Shown here one piece after another: positions 24,753 through 36,919 of a stretch of 64,000 bases of DNA. Position numbers and translations under genes: made by a program. The stretch is from Callorhinchus milii. Taxonomy: Eukaryota. The notes beneath the pieces were generated by a model. The model searched no databases. It had not been told where the DNA came from and worked only from the letters and a program-made list of their open reading frames with translations. The first letter of the stretch is position 1; every line of letters starts with the position of its first letter. The stretch spans positions 71,798,001 to 71,862,000 of the forward strand of contig NW_024704742.1 in the NCBI RefSeq assembly GCF_018977255.1, read 5' to 3'.

Positions 24753-25464
24753 TGTCAGTTCCTGAGAGATCTTCACCAATCTACTGTTCTAGGTCAAAGA
24801 CTAATTCAAAGCAAAGGGATAAGAGTCAGGTGAGGATCAAGAGGTCAGATTGGCTTATTTTAGACAGAGAATAACAGAGAAGGTCACAGCTTGGAGACAG
24901 GCCATTCGGCCTAACCAGATGGTATAAGTTGCACTGTGTTGTGGGGGTGTTGGTACAGTACAGCTTGTACCATCAGGTTAACTCCATGCCGGAATTCACA
25001 GCCCAAACCCCTGCCTACCCTTCCTGTATCCTTCTTCCTCGTGTTTCTAGTGTCAAAGGATGAGGCTTGTTCAGTGCAAAGTGGAAAGAGTCAGACTACT
25101 CAGAGCAAAGGTCAGACTGGCTTTGTTTAGGGTTAATGAGTCAGCCTGGCTCAGTGGGCAGCCTTCGGTGAGGGTTAAAGATCAGTTGGTAACAGCTAAA
25201 ATGGTTGTTGAAATCTTTACATCTTTGCCATCCAGTAATTGGAGTGTTTCCTGGATTTATCTCGACTAATGCCCTTGGCAGCCTCGCAGGTCAATTAATC
25301 GTGAGGATGGAATGTTGGATATAGAACATATTTCCGTTCAGAGGTTTCTGGTCAAAATAATCATGGGACTAAAGAACAACTTATATTAATATAGTGCCCC
25401 TCACGCAGGGTAGATCCCGGAGCACTTGAAAAACACCAACACAGCTGGCCACCAGCCCAGCATC

Positions 25465-25558
25465 ACCCAGCAGCCTGCTCCACCTCCACCCAGCAGCCTG
25501 CTCCACCTCCACCCAGCAGCCTGCTCCACCTCCACCCAGCAGCCTGCTCCACCTCCAC
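25465..25558. repeat. 24-bp tandem repeat CCCAGCAGCCTGCTCCACCTCCAC, about 4 copies
   Basis: Direct inspection. Confidence 0.9.
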
Positions 25559-25654
25559 TTGGCCCCCGTCGGGGAGAGATTCACAGCCCACCACCCCTAC
25601 CCAAACCCCAGCTCTAAGAATAATAAATGATAATCCTTGCATTTGATATACAAT

Positions 25655-26490
25655 ACAATTGCAAAATTATATTTGTATAGCGCCTTTCACACCGGGAGGA
25701 TGTCCCAAGGTGTAGTCAGGAATTTGGAACCGAGCTGTGAGGGGGAGAGGAGTTGGGATCAGGAAGGGGTGGAGGGCAGGGAGGCTAGGAAGGTGGTCAA
25801 AGGCGCGGTCGAAGAGGAGAGTCTTGAGACGTGCCTTGAAGGAGGCAAGGGAGCTAGGCAAAGGGAATGTTGGACAAAGTTCCAAAGGGTGGGAGCGGAG
25901 AGCCTGAAGGCCCACCTGCTGATGGTGGAGCGGGCGGGGCAGGGGACGTGGAACAGCCTGGTAAGAGTTGGGAAAGCTGACAAGCAGGGAGTTGGCGAAT
26001 TCAAGCCTAATTTTAATGAATGTGGGGATGAGGGTCTCAAAGGCTTGAGGGGAGAGGCAGTGTCGGAGCCGGGCGATGTTGCGGAGGTGGGGGAAGGCAG
26101 AACAGGTCATGGCATGGATTTGGGGTAGAAAGACAATTGAGCGTCAAATAAGACGCCAAGGTTCTGGACTGGCTTAGTAAGATGGATGGTGATGCTGCCA
26201 GTGCCTAAGGTGTGGAGGTGCTGATGGGAGCCAATCAGTGGGCCTTGGTCTTGTTGATGTTCAACTGTAGAAAGTTGGTTCTCATTCAGGACATCCTCCT
26301 GACGTGAAAGGCGCTTTATAAATGGAATCTTGTTGTTGTTGTTGTTGATGTCTGACAGACATTCTGTCAGGACAGCAGTGGTCCTGGAGTCAAGGGTGGA
26401 GGCAGAGAGATATAGCTGGGTGTCATCCGCATATATGTGGAAGTTGAGCCCATGACTGCGGATGATGTCACCAAGAGGGAACATGTACAA
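25655..26490 (-). mobile_element. L2 LINE 3' portion with internal deletion and a nested mini-insertion
   Basis: [59 protein letters not shown]. Confidence 0.9.
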
Positions 26491-26981
26491 TATTACGTCA
26501 TTTAGACATCTTAAAGCGCTTCACAGAATATACAGTGAAGTGGATTGACTGTATTTTATGGGTGAACAGCGGCAGCACACGGCAGTGTCACACAAACAGT
26601 CATGCAGTGAGTGACTAGTTTTATTTGGGGGTTTATGGGCTAGGACTCCAGGAGAGAGAATGGTCCACTTGAACAGGTAGATGGGTCCTCGGTATAACGT
26701 CTTATCCAAAGGACCGCACCTCCGACAATGCAACCCCCACCACCACACCCCAGCACTTAAGCGCTCCGGGACGCTACCCCGTGTGAAGGTGTTATACAAA
26801 TGCAAGTCGTTGTTGTATTGACTATACTATATGATTCCAAATCCCGACATGGAGTACTACCACTGAGCCAGGCTGATCCAAACAGTAAAGCCCTGTAAAG
26901 CACTTTGAGATGTCCTCATGACATGAAACGCACTGTGTCAGATATGAGGATTATTGTTATTGAGTTTGTTTATTCCGGCAG

Positions 26982-27564
26982 GTCAAGGCCAGTCCGCGCC
27001 GAAGACACTGACTCACAAGCGAGCCCTCAGCGACGAGCTAAGCCGGAGTGACCCTGCACTGGAGCACCAGAGCCTGGCCCCCAGGACCAGCCTCCTGTCA
27101 AGGTCCTCGCTCTGTGTCAACGGGAGCCATGTGTACAGTGAGGAACCCCTGCCAGCCCTGGCCTCGGGCCTCTTTCCCAACACTTCCATTCTCTCCCGCT
27201 CCCTCCAGAACATCACCAAGAAGCCCCCGGAGCCCACGTTGAAGCCAGCCTCGCCCCCCCCAGAGAAGCTGGCATACCCACGCTGGACAGGCACGGAGAG
27301 CAGGCCGGTCCTGCCGGTCATCACCGTGGACGCAGGGGGTTTGGCAGAAGGGTCGGGCGGGGGTTCGGGGAGGGGGGCCCGGCCTGTCCATGCTGCCATC
27401 CCCTTGGTCACCGCCACCTCCGAGGCTGGTCAGAGGCAGAGAGGCAACGTCAGCCCCGCCCTCCCACGGCTTTCACCCTCCGTCACTAGGAAGTCCGACC
27501 CCATCCAGACCGAGAAGACCAAGGTCGGCGGATGGTTCCAGAAGGACACCGGCAAAACGCTCAG
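26982..27564 (+). CDS. RAB11FIP5: RAB11FIP5 coding exon 3
   Basis: PKTLTHKRALSDE…SRSSLCVNGSHVYSEEP (conserved class I FIP motifs)…EKTKVGGWF. Acceptor ggcag at 26981, donor gttggt at 27565; phase 1 to 2. Confidence 0.92.
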
Positions 27565-28665
27565 GTTGGTGGTTGGGGGTGAAGGGTTGTGGGGAGGGTT
27601 CTGTATCTCCGCCCTGATCTCTGGCTGAGGTGAATTATGCCCTCTCTGATGAGATGGAAGTTCATGTAGTGTTATTGGTTCAGATGCTGAGTTGCGTTTC
27701 CCTGGCCTTTCCCCTTTCACGAGGGGGCGCGTCTCCTACCAGGTGTTCAAAGGTACAGGACCAATGGGTGCACTGAACCCCCTCCAGAGCTTGTCCAGAG
27801 CTATGTGGAAATGACTTCTCCCTCTTGGCACTGACAATGCAGCGCTCCCCGCAATTGGAGTATCAGCCTCGAATGCGAGCTCCTAGTGGAGTGAACCCAC
27901 AACCTTTGACTCAGAGTAGAGAGTGCTGCCGACCGAGCCAGGCTGCCACCAGTGTCTCTCAGTGCTTTACAGCTGAACTGGTTGAGGGGTGATGTGATCG
28001 AGTGTAAAACAATGAGGGGAACTGACAGCTTAGCGAGTGGAGACTCTTCCCTCTGGTGGAGAATCACTAACAAGGGGCCGGAGTGTGGAACTTAGAGCCA
28101 GACCAGTGACAAGGAGGTTAGGAAACATCTCTTCACACAGAGGGGCTGAGAGTGGGCAACACTCACCCCAGGAGCCATGAAGACAGAATGGATCAGGAGG
28201 TTTAATGGGGAGATGGGGAGATACTTAGGGAGTTGAGGAATGTGGGGAAAAGGTACGGGAATTGGGATTGAAAGCTCTGCCCTGATCTGGCGGAGCAGAC
28301 TCGATGGGCTGAATTGCCTCCATCTACGATCACCCGTCATCGCTGTGAAGCGCTTTGAGATGTTCATCCCTTGTGTGAAAGCTGCTGGATAAGTGCAGAT
28401 TGTGAACGTGCTGAATACCGTGCATGGATTGTGGTGGGGAAGGGTTAACACAGAGGAGCCATCACTAACCCACGCCATAACCCACTGACCTGCGGCCACA
28501 CACATAGTGACACACAATGACATGCGTTGTGTGTCTAATTGAGGCTTCCCTCTGGCCCTGTAAGGTGGGTGGACGGGTGTGGCCGGATGGGAACATGTTT
28601 TCTTGTGTGGCATTTGGCTGGGGCCATGACTAACGAGGACGACTGTTCTGTCTGTCCCTCCACAG

Positions 28666-31071
28666 CCTGGAAGTGTCTCCTACGGTAGAAACCAGTTCAG
28701 ACGCCCCCTCACCCTCCCCTCACTCTCCACCGGATCCCCTCACCCCTCACTCTCCACTGCCCCCCACTCCCCCTTCTACCTCACCAGGTGGCAGGTTTAA
28801 CATTAACCCCTTCACAGCCTCTCAGGATGGCATCTCGCCCTCTCCTAGGCCTCTGACAAACCCTTTCCTCAGCTCTTTACACACTAACCCCTTCTATGAG
28901 GACCTCCTAGCTAGTCACCTAATAAAGTCTCCTCCGTCCGCTCGCTCTTTCTCCAGTTTCTCCTTTGGCTCTCGAGTCCGGGGTGAATCTCTTCCCTCCC
29001 GAAGCTCCATCATTCCCGAGGGCCTCGATCCTTTGGCTCCAGGATACACCCGAACAGAGAGCTGGACGGAAGCTCAAGGGTCACCGCTAGTGATCCAGGA
29101 AGTATTTTTCACCGAAGCAGACCATGGTTCTGCCTCAGAGGGGGGATTAAATGCTGAATCCTGGGTCAAAAATGCCACTTCAGCAGCGCGACAGGAAGCG
29201 GAAGTGATTCAACAGGAACACAAAGTGATTCCAGAGGAACAGAAAATCAATCTTACGCGACAGGAACAGGAAGAGATTCCACAGGAACAGGAAGTGTTTC
29301 CAATAGAACAGGAAGTTGAAAGGAGACAATCAGTTCTATGGGAAAGCCGCCATGACGCAAATGCCATTGACCTTGCACCAGTCGGAGAAGAGAGAAATGG
29401 TCGGCAGCCAATTGAAAGCTCACCAGCGTCCAGACCAGAAGCCATCATTGTTAATGAGAATGGCGCGGTGCAGACTGAAAATGACAGTGTCAACATGGCG
29501 CTTGTTTTCCCTAACCTCGTCTCTTCATCCACTTCTCAAGTCGCCCTGGGTACAGGTGCGGGGCTGCCATCTGCAGGCAAAGGGGGTTTTACAGGGGGAG
29601 AAACTAGCCCTGAGGGGACTTGTGTCACCTCAGAGATGATGGAAGAAACCAGGGACATGGATTCTGATTGGCTCACTGTGAAACAGGAAGTGGGTGCGGT
29701 GGAGCAGGAAGTGGGTGGGGCGGAGCAGGAAGTGGGTGGGGCGGAGCAGGAAGTGGGTGCAGCGGAGCAGGAAGTGGGTGGGGTGGAGCAGGAAGTGGGT
29801 GCGGAGGAGGAGGAAGTGGGTGCGGTAGGGCAGGAAGTGGGTGCACAGGAACAGGAAGTGGCTCCTGTGGAGCAGGAAGTGGCTCCTGTGGAGCAGGAAG
29901 CAGTGGAGTTGATGTCCACTCCTCCGCCTCCTATACACCCCCGGCTGCTTGTGGTTGCCCCGATAGGAGGAAATGCCAGCTCGGGGGGTGCGGCAGTAGC
30001 AGCCAGTAGCCGTAGTGATGAGGGTGACAGGTTATCCGATAAATGGGCTTCCCCCAGACTCCAGGTAATTACTGTGGACGAGCAGAATCCTGGGATTGAT
30101 GTTGATCCATCCAGAGGTGGCCTCGCGGAGTTGGGCTGTAACAAGCACTATAAGACCTGCACTTTGATCCCCTCAGGGAAGGGATCGGACCTGTGGATCC
30201 AGGATTGGAATCCAGACTCTCTGCACGGCTCCCATCAATCCCTCTCTCCTGGCCTCGGTTCCACGGCCCACGAGCCACAGCTGATCAGAGGAGAATGCAG
30301 CCCGGGAGTGAACTGTGTGGGTTTGTGGGGGCCGGTGAGAGGCCCCTCCAGCTCGCTTGTGTACACCAGCCCAGCCTCAGAGCTGCCTTTTATAACTGGA
30401 GTGGAAGAACAGAGTGACCAGGTGACCGCGAGCCACAAAGAACTCTCCAGAACCTCAAGGGCCAGGACAATGAGTAGAGACTGTCGAGGGAGAGGGCTAG
30501 CAGGGCAAGAGGGTGACATCTTGGCTCTGCCTGCCTGGGGGCAGGTGCCACCTGGCATGGCTGGGAGAGGGGAGGCTGAAGATATGCTGGAGGGAGCTCA
30601 GGAAAAGGAACCCTCAGCTGTCCGACCCCAGCCTGAGCCTTCAAGCCACTGCAGTAAGGACCCGAGAGCAAAAAATGGCCAGGAAGGAACCTGCAATGCA
30701 CCGGCGGCAAAGTCAACCATCGTGGAGGAGACATCTTTTGCCGTTGACCACAGAGAGATCCACCAACAAAGGATGAGCTTCCATAATGTTCCGGAACCCA
30801 GCGCCACCCCATGCGCCATGCAGAGCCAAGAGCCTCCCCAGGGCCCCTGGCCTCTTACCATCTCCACCCCTCACCCCGCGGCTCTCACTAACACCAGAGT
30901 AACCAACCTTCCTTCTCCCATCCTCTGCCCCCTGGGTGTTGCTGCCCCCTCGGCAGAGCCCGTCTGCCTCTCATCACCGCTGCTGTCCACTGGCTGGAAA
31001 ATGTCTGCCGTCACGGTTTTGCCCCAGGAGACACAGCCGGCTAGCGGACTCTCCCCACAGCGGATAACCAG
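28666..31071 (+). CDS. RAB11FIP5: RAB11FIP5 large symmetric cassette exon (2406 nt, 802 codons, phase 2-2)
   Basis: Uninterrupted ORF. Acceptor tctgtccctccacag, donor AG|gtgagc. Begins SLEVSPTVE and contains TNPFLSSLHTNPFYEDL, as recalled from the long vertebrate RAB11FIP5 isoform. Frame-compatible with both flanking exons. Confidence 0.85.
29681..29911 (+). repeat. Coding minisatellite, 21-bp unit encoding EQEVG(A/G)x, 11 copies
   Basis: gagcaggaagtgggtg(c/g)gg(t/c)g repeated in frame within the cassette exon. Confidence 0.95.
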
Positions 31072-31334
31072 GTGAGCATTAAGCATGTGGTTGGGGGGTG
31101 GGGAGTTACAATGTAACGCCAGGACCTATGCAACACCAAAATGTTTCCTCTTCCTGGTGGGTTAGAGGCACAGTAATGCTCCCTCTACACTATCCTTCCA
31201 CACTCCTAGGTCAGTAACAGCACGGGTTAGAGACAGAGTAAAGCTCCCTCTACACTGTACTTCCACACTCCCAGGTCAGTAACAGCACAGGTTGGACTTA
31301 AACTCTGCACTTATCCAGCGTTTTTCATGTTGGG

Positions 31335-32050
31335 AGACAAGTGCTTTAGACAGACTGAGTCAGTCTGACTGACAGGAGTGAAGCAAAGGGGTTTGGAAGA
31401 GAGTTCCTGAGAGAGGGACTAAAATGGCCAAATGTTTGCCCACCTATGGTGGGGTGGCTCAGCTGGGGAAGATGAGGCTGGTCAGAGTTGACAGAATGGA
31501 GGAATTGAGTTGGGTCACAGGAGGTTGCAGAGGTAGGGGTGGGGGCGCTGTGGAGGACTTGGGCTGCAGAGTTCTGAATAGTCTGGAGTGGAGGTTCGAG
31601 TTGCAGAGGTCGGAGAAGAGTTGGTGACAAAGGCACGAGTGAGGATCTGAGCTATGTGTGTTGGGGTGAGGGCCTGGGGTGTGTGTGTTGGGGTGAGGGC
31701 CTGGGCTGTGTGTGTTGGGGTGAGGGCCTGGGTTGTGTGTGTTGGGGTGAGGGCCTGGGCTGTGTGTGTTGGGGTGAGGTTGTGGGCTGTGGTGTTGGGG
31801 TGAGAGTCTGGGCTGTGTCTGTAGGGGTGAGGGTCTGGGCTGTGTGTGTTAGGGTGAAAGTCTGGGCTGTGTGTGTTGGGGTGAGGATGTGGGCTGTGGT
31901 GTTGGGGTGAGAGTGTGGGCTGTGCTAGGTTGAGGGGTTGGGCTATGTTGAGGGTGAGGTAGTGGCAGAGGCCGGTGATGTTGTGGAGATGGAGGAGAGT
32001 GGACTTGATCACAGTCCAAGGTTTGAAGGAGAAGTGAGGGTCAAACAAAA
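31335..32050 (-). mobile_element. Old L2 fragment containing a 27-bp minisatellite (31655-31925)
   Basis: ILFDPHFSF…HLHNITGL…AFVT…QTIQNSAAQVL, interrupted by (GTGTGTGTTGGGGTGAGGGCCTGGGCT)n. Confidence 0.8.
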
Positions 32051-33743
32051 TACTCACACACTCCTTGAGGTAGAGCGAGCGACACACAGAATAAGATCCC
32101 CACACATTGACTCAGCCGCTTGCCTCTGGTTCAGAAAGTTTAAGCCCCACACCAGGACTCTGAGATTACAGTCTAGGCTGGTGTTTCTGTGCAGCACTGT
32201 GGGGAAAGAGAGCCACAATGTCTTTGAGCTATTTTGCCGCTGGACCCAATGTAAGGGTTGTTATTAAACGCTGCAGAATTGTGGAGAATTCTTCAATCGT
32301 GGCTCAATTCACAAGCCATCTTTTCAGTTCTTCAAAAGAATTATGAATTTTCTGCAGTTCTATATCATAAGACAATGGCCTTCAGGCTGAGACCAGGAGG
32401 AATTTCAAGCTTGTGTGCGTCTATGGCTGACAGTGCCCAGGGGTGCGAGTGTGTTACTTGTCTGGGAATGTCTGGGGGACATTTGTGTCTGTATGTTCGA
32501 GAGGGAGCATGGAATAATTAAATTGCACCTGTGAAAATGTGTGAAAATCAAAGTCCATTTTGGAGGCGAGGGCTGTTGTGGAGAGAAATCACAGGGAGCC
32601 CCTCAGGACAGCCCGGCCCACACCACGACCAGTTTCCATCAGGCAAAGCCTCTTGGGCTCTCGGCCTGAAGGGATTGAGACTGGATTGTCAATGCTTAAT
32701 GCTTCACTGATACCTCTCTGAACAGATTACAAACAAAACCCAAACGCTCCGGTCCAGTGTTGGGGGAGCTCTGCATCCTCAGTGACACCTTCCTTAACAT
32801 GAGACGTTAAATCCACCATCTAAACCCTTTCTCCCACCGTGAGTGAGTGATGGCCAAGAGAGAGTAACAGGGAGGTGGACTCCAGTGAATGTAGAGTCGA
32901 GGAGACGGCAATCAGTCTCACTCCAATGTAGCCTCAGCTACTTCTCCCTCCTCCCCAACCCAACTCAGACCCCACCCCATTCACTCTGCCTTCATTGTCT
33001 CTATTATAACACTGGGCTGTCACCAGCCCGGTGTGGAGGTGCAATTGAGCCAAGTTTTCTCTGCAGCCCCCTTATCACCTGGGCACAAGCTGGTAAGAGC
33101 CAAAGCTTGGGGACCAGAATGTGCATTGGGATAACTGCTGGAGTCTAACCAGCTGAAAGCACATATCTTGAGCACTGTCTGGCAAGCTTTCCCATTGCTT
33201 GTTGAGCTAGAACCACTCTACCCATTAGGGCTTGCAAGAATAACAGGAGCTGAGTGGGAGGATTCCCTGCCCCCAGTGACTGGTCCACTCTTCCAAATCC
33301 TTATGATGATCCAGGCTGGGCTGTCATCAGCAGTGCCCTGGAATACTGCGTACCCACCTGGCAGGAACCCAACTAGAGACCGACACTGAGGGTGGGCTCG
33401 ATTCAGACATTCCATTGCCAGGTACTTCAACTTGGAGCCATCTTAACTACAAAGAGAGCCCGCCTACACCCCACTGTCATTTACTGTAATCGTAATCTGT
33501 GTGTGTGTGTGTGTGTGTGTTAATCTGTATGTGTGAGGCAGTGTTTCTCCGAGTCTATGTGAGTCCCAGCATCTTGGGACGTCCTCCCGATGTGAAAGGC
33601 GCTATATCAAAGCAATTTATTGTTGTTGTACCTCTGTGAGTCTCTGTAAATTTGTGTGAGTCTGTGTGAGTATGTGTGCCCGCGCATGAGTGTGAGGTGC
33701 TGGATTCTGTACAAATGCAGTCTCTGGCTCTCTCTCTCTGCAG

Positions 33744-33924
33744 TCCTCACCTGGTGAAGCCTCTGGACTCGGCTGTGCCGGACAGTGCTGTGCGCTGGCC
33801 GCTGTGGCCAGGGATCGGGAGCACGCTAAGCAGCGGCCTGGAGAGGCTGCGGACGGCCACCAGCAGCAGCATTGCCCCCGTCCGCCCCGCCAACCCCCTG
33901 CCTAAGGGCCCCGAGGGAGAGAAG
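33744..33924 (+). CDS. RAB11FIP5: RAB11FIP5 penultimate coding exon
   Basis: SPHLVKPL…LSSGLERLRTATSSSIAPV (cf. SPHPVKPL…LSSGLEKLKTVTSGSIQPV). Acceptor ctgcag at 33743, donor gtaagc at 33925; phase 2 to 0. Confidence 0.93.
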
Positions 33925-33939
33925 GTAAGCCACCGCACA

Positions 33940-34290
33940 GAACCCCACACTGGCCCCGCCCCACACACTGGCCCCACCCCACACACTGGCCCAGCCCCAC
34001 ACCCTGCCCCCGCCCCACCCTGCCCCCGCCCCACCCTGGCCCCACCCCACACAATGGTCCTCCCACTGCCCCCCCACCCACTGCCCCCCCCACCCACTGC
34101 CCCCTCCCTGCACTGGCCCCCCACGCTGCCCCTCCCCCACGCTGCCCCTCCCCCCACGCTGCCCCTCCCCCCACGCTGCCCCTCCCCCCACGCTGCCCCT
34201 CCCCCCACGCTGCCCCTCCACACTGCCTCCCCCACACTGCCTCCCACCACACTGCCACCGCCCCCACACTGCACCCCCCACGCTGCACCC
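33940..34290. repeat. C-rich degenerate tandem repeat (CCCCCACGCTGCCCCT-like)
   Basis: Direct inspection; starts just after the exon donor. Confidence 0.85.
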
Positions 34291-35596
34291 CGGACATGTT
34301 GATAGGGGTTTAGGAGGTCAAAGTGTTAGGGAGAATGGGAGAATCAAGGCGTAGAGGGCTTTGAAGGTGAGGATCAGGATCTTGAACTATAGCCTCTGTG
34401 TGATGTCGAGCTGGACGAGGATGGGGGTGATAAGGTCGTGGAGTTGGTCCGGGAGAGGACACGGGCTGCAGAGTTCTGGATGATCTGCAGCCTGTGGAGT
34501 GAGGAATTGGGGGGGCCGACAAGCAGGGAGTTGGCATAGTTGAGCCGGGATGTGATGAATGCAGGGATGAGGGTCTCGGCGGCCTGGGATGATAGACAAT
34601 GGCAGAACCAGGCAATGTTGTAGATGTGGGGAAAGACACACCCACTGATGCCCCACGCTGACCCCCACACCGACCACACGCTGACCACACACTGGCTGAC
34701 GTGTCCATTCCCCCACATCCTGGAGACGCTAACAACATGTGTCATAAGCTGTGAGCGCAGAGTCCCCGACGTGGGGGCTCAATCACACCTCCCTCTGAGC
34801 TGCAGGCGAGTGGCTGACTGAAAGACAGAACTCTGTGAATAATGCAGGGGACCGCATTCAGCCATTGAACGAGTGAAGGTCCCCCCAGGCTCTGTGTTTC
34901 TCACTTCTGTCTTGCTCCGGTCTGGTTGTGCTGTGATTTCCTGTAGGGACAGTCATTGGGAGCTCGTGTTCGTCATACTGATGGCTAAACCCTTCCCCCC
35001 CATCCCCCACCGATCCTTTATTAATTACCATTTCCAGCTCCTCACCTCTTACACTGTACACCTAGCGTTAATATCCCCCTCAGGAGGGTCTGGGATCAAG
35101 CCCCACGTCAGGGCACTCTGAACTCACAGTTCATATTGGTTAGGCCACAATTGAAGTACTGCGTTTAACCTGTGCTGTCACTGACCTGGGAGTGTGGACA
35201 GACATTGTAGAGGGAGGTTTACTCTGTCTCTAACCCAGACCTGGGTGTGTGGACAGACAGCGTAGAGGGACATGTTTTGTGTGAGATTACAAATTAATTA
35301 TATCCCACCTACACATGGAGATTTCAGAGATATATATTGGAGTGTAATGTTCACTCTCTCCCTGGAGGAACACATCCTGCTTACCTAATTCTGGAAAGTA
35401 TTAGGTGCAGTTTGGCAAAAGCCAAGGCTTGGGGACCCCAGAGTGTGCGTTGGGGTAACCAGCTAAAACCCCATAGCTTGCCAGTGAGAGCAAGGTCTGA
35501 TTTTGTATCAAGAGAGGCAGGCAGGCTGTGTGGAGGGAGCTATGAGAGTTAGATTCCGAATCTCTCTTTGACATTTCTCCTGGTCTCCCACATCAG

Positions 35597-35812
35597 GAAT
35601 CGGAGCCAGAGGACTCCGCTGCGCTCTATTACCACCTGACCCACGATGAGCTGATCCGGAAGATCCTGGATCAGGATTCGGAGCTGCGGAGTAGGCGGGA
35701 GCAGTTGCGGGACCTGGAGAATTACATTGACCATCTGCTGGTCCAGATCATGGAGACATCCCCTGCCATCCTACAGGTCCCCGCCGGCAAATCCAAGACA
35801 GCCAAAAGATGA
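35597..35812 (+). CDS. RAB11FIP5: RAB11FIP5 last coding exon (Rab11-binding domain, FIP-RBD)
   Basis: …YYHLTHDELIRKILDQDSELRSRREQLRDLENYIDHLLVQIMETSPAILQVP…KR*. Acceptor catcag at 35596; TGA at 35810-35812. Confidence 0.95.
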   Translation, partial: ESEPEDSAALYYHLTHDELIRKILDQDSELRSRREQLRDLENYIDHLLVQIMETSPAILQVPAGKSKTAKR

Positions 35813-35846
35813 GCCGTCAGCCCGGGTGCCTGTCTCTGTTTACACT

Positions 35847-35852
35847 AATAAA
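35847..35852 (+). terminator. Candidate proximal poly(A) signal of RAB11FIP5
   Basis: AATAAA 35 nt after the stop codon. Confidence 0.45.
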
Positions 35853-36563
35853 ACGCAGGGATTTGCAACGAAAAAGTGTGGAGGAGATTCCCAGCGACTT
35901 GTTCTTTTATAATCTAAGTGGGCCTGTGTTTGGGAATGATGAATCTCCCTCATTGGCTGGAACACAGGGACAGGAAACACAGAGTTGTGTTTCCACGTGT
36001 GTCAGACACCGGCTGATCACAGTGATGGGTTTCCGTGGATGGCAGATACCCGGCTGATCACGGTGATGGGTTTTTGTGTGTGTCAGACACCTGGGTGACC
36101 CCAAAAAAGTTAGGAATGAGAAGAGGCAAAAAATTGTCTTAAGAACACATCCTTCAGATGAGATGTTAAACTGAGGCCCCCTCTGTGCCTCCTCAGGTGG
36201 ATTTTATAGATCCTGCGACATGTCAGAATAGAGAAGGGAGTTTCTCTCTCCCAGTGTCCTGGCCGACAATCCCTTGGTTAAGTTGCTCGCTCGCTTCATG
36301 GCTGTTTGCAGGGGGAGGGCCTTGCTCTGCACAAAATGCCTGCCGCGCTTGCCTCACTCAAAAGCATTTCCATGCAAATTGCTTTGAGACATTTATTGGG
36401 TGCTAACTCATGCTTTATATTATTGTTATTTATGGGGTGGGGTGGGGGGGAGTGAGATGTGCTGTGAAGCTCTCCTCCCCCCACTTTCCAAAATTGCTCT
36501 CCGGTGGTGTCACTGGGGCGCCTCAGGAATGCCGAGAAACATCTCCCGATACTCCATGTTCAC

Positions 36564-36580
36564 AATAAACATGTAATAAA
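36564..36580 (+). terminator. Candidate distal tandem poly(A) signals of RAB11FIP5
   Basis: AATAAA at 36564 and 36575, followed by a GT-rich downstream element (gtgtgtttgtgt). Confidence 0.55.
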
Positions 36581-36919
36581 CCAGACCGTGCACTGCCTGT
36601 GTGTTTGTGTGCAGCTTTGTTACAACAATCAGCTCCATCATATTCACACTTTTTTTTCACGTCTAGAAGATATTTTTGTTTCAACCACAGCTTCTGGCAG
36701 TGCGTTCCACACTCACCACCCAGTTCCTCAAAACTCCCTCTTGGATCTGTGTGTGTACATTAGTGACTGAGGGATCTAAAAGATAATTAGGAGGAACTAC
36801 TACACATAGAGGGCAGTAAGATTGTGGAATTCGCTGCCTGAAGTGGGGGTTGAATCAGATAGTGTAGATGGATTCAGGAGGAAGCTTGACCTTCACATGA
36901 GGGAGATAGGAGTATAATA

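Noticed and set aside
29536..30144. Antisense ORFs over the RAB11FIP5 exons
   Set aside because: Shadow frames of GC-rich and repetitive coding sequence with no independent signals.
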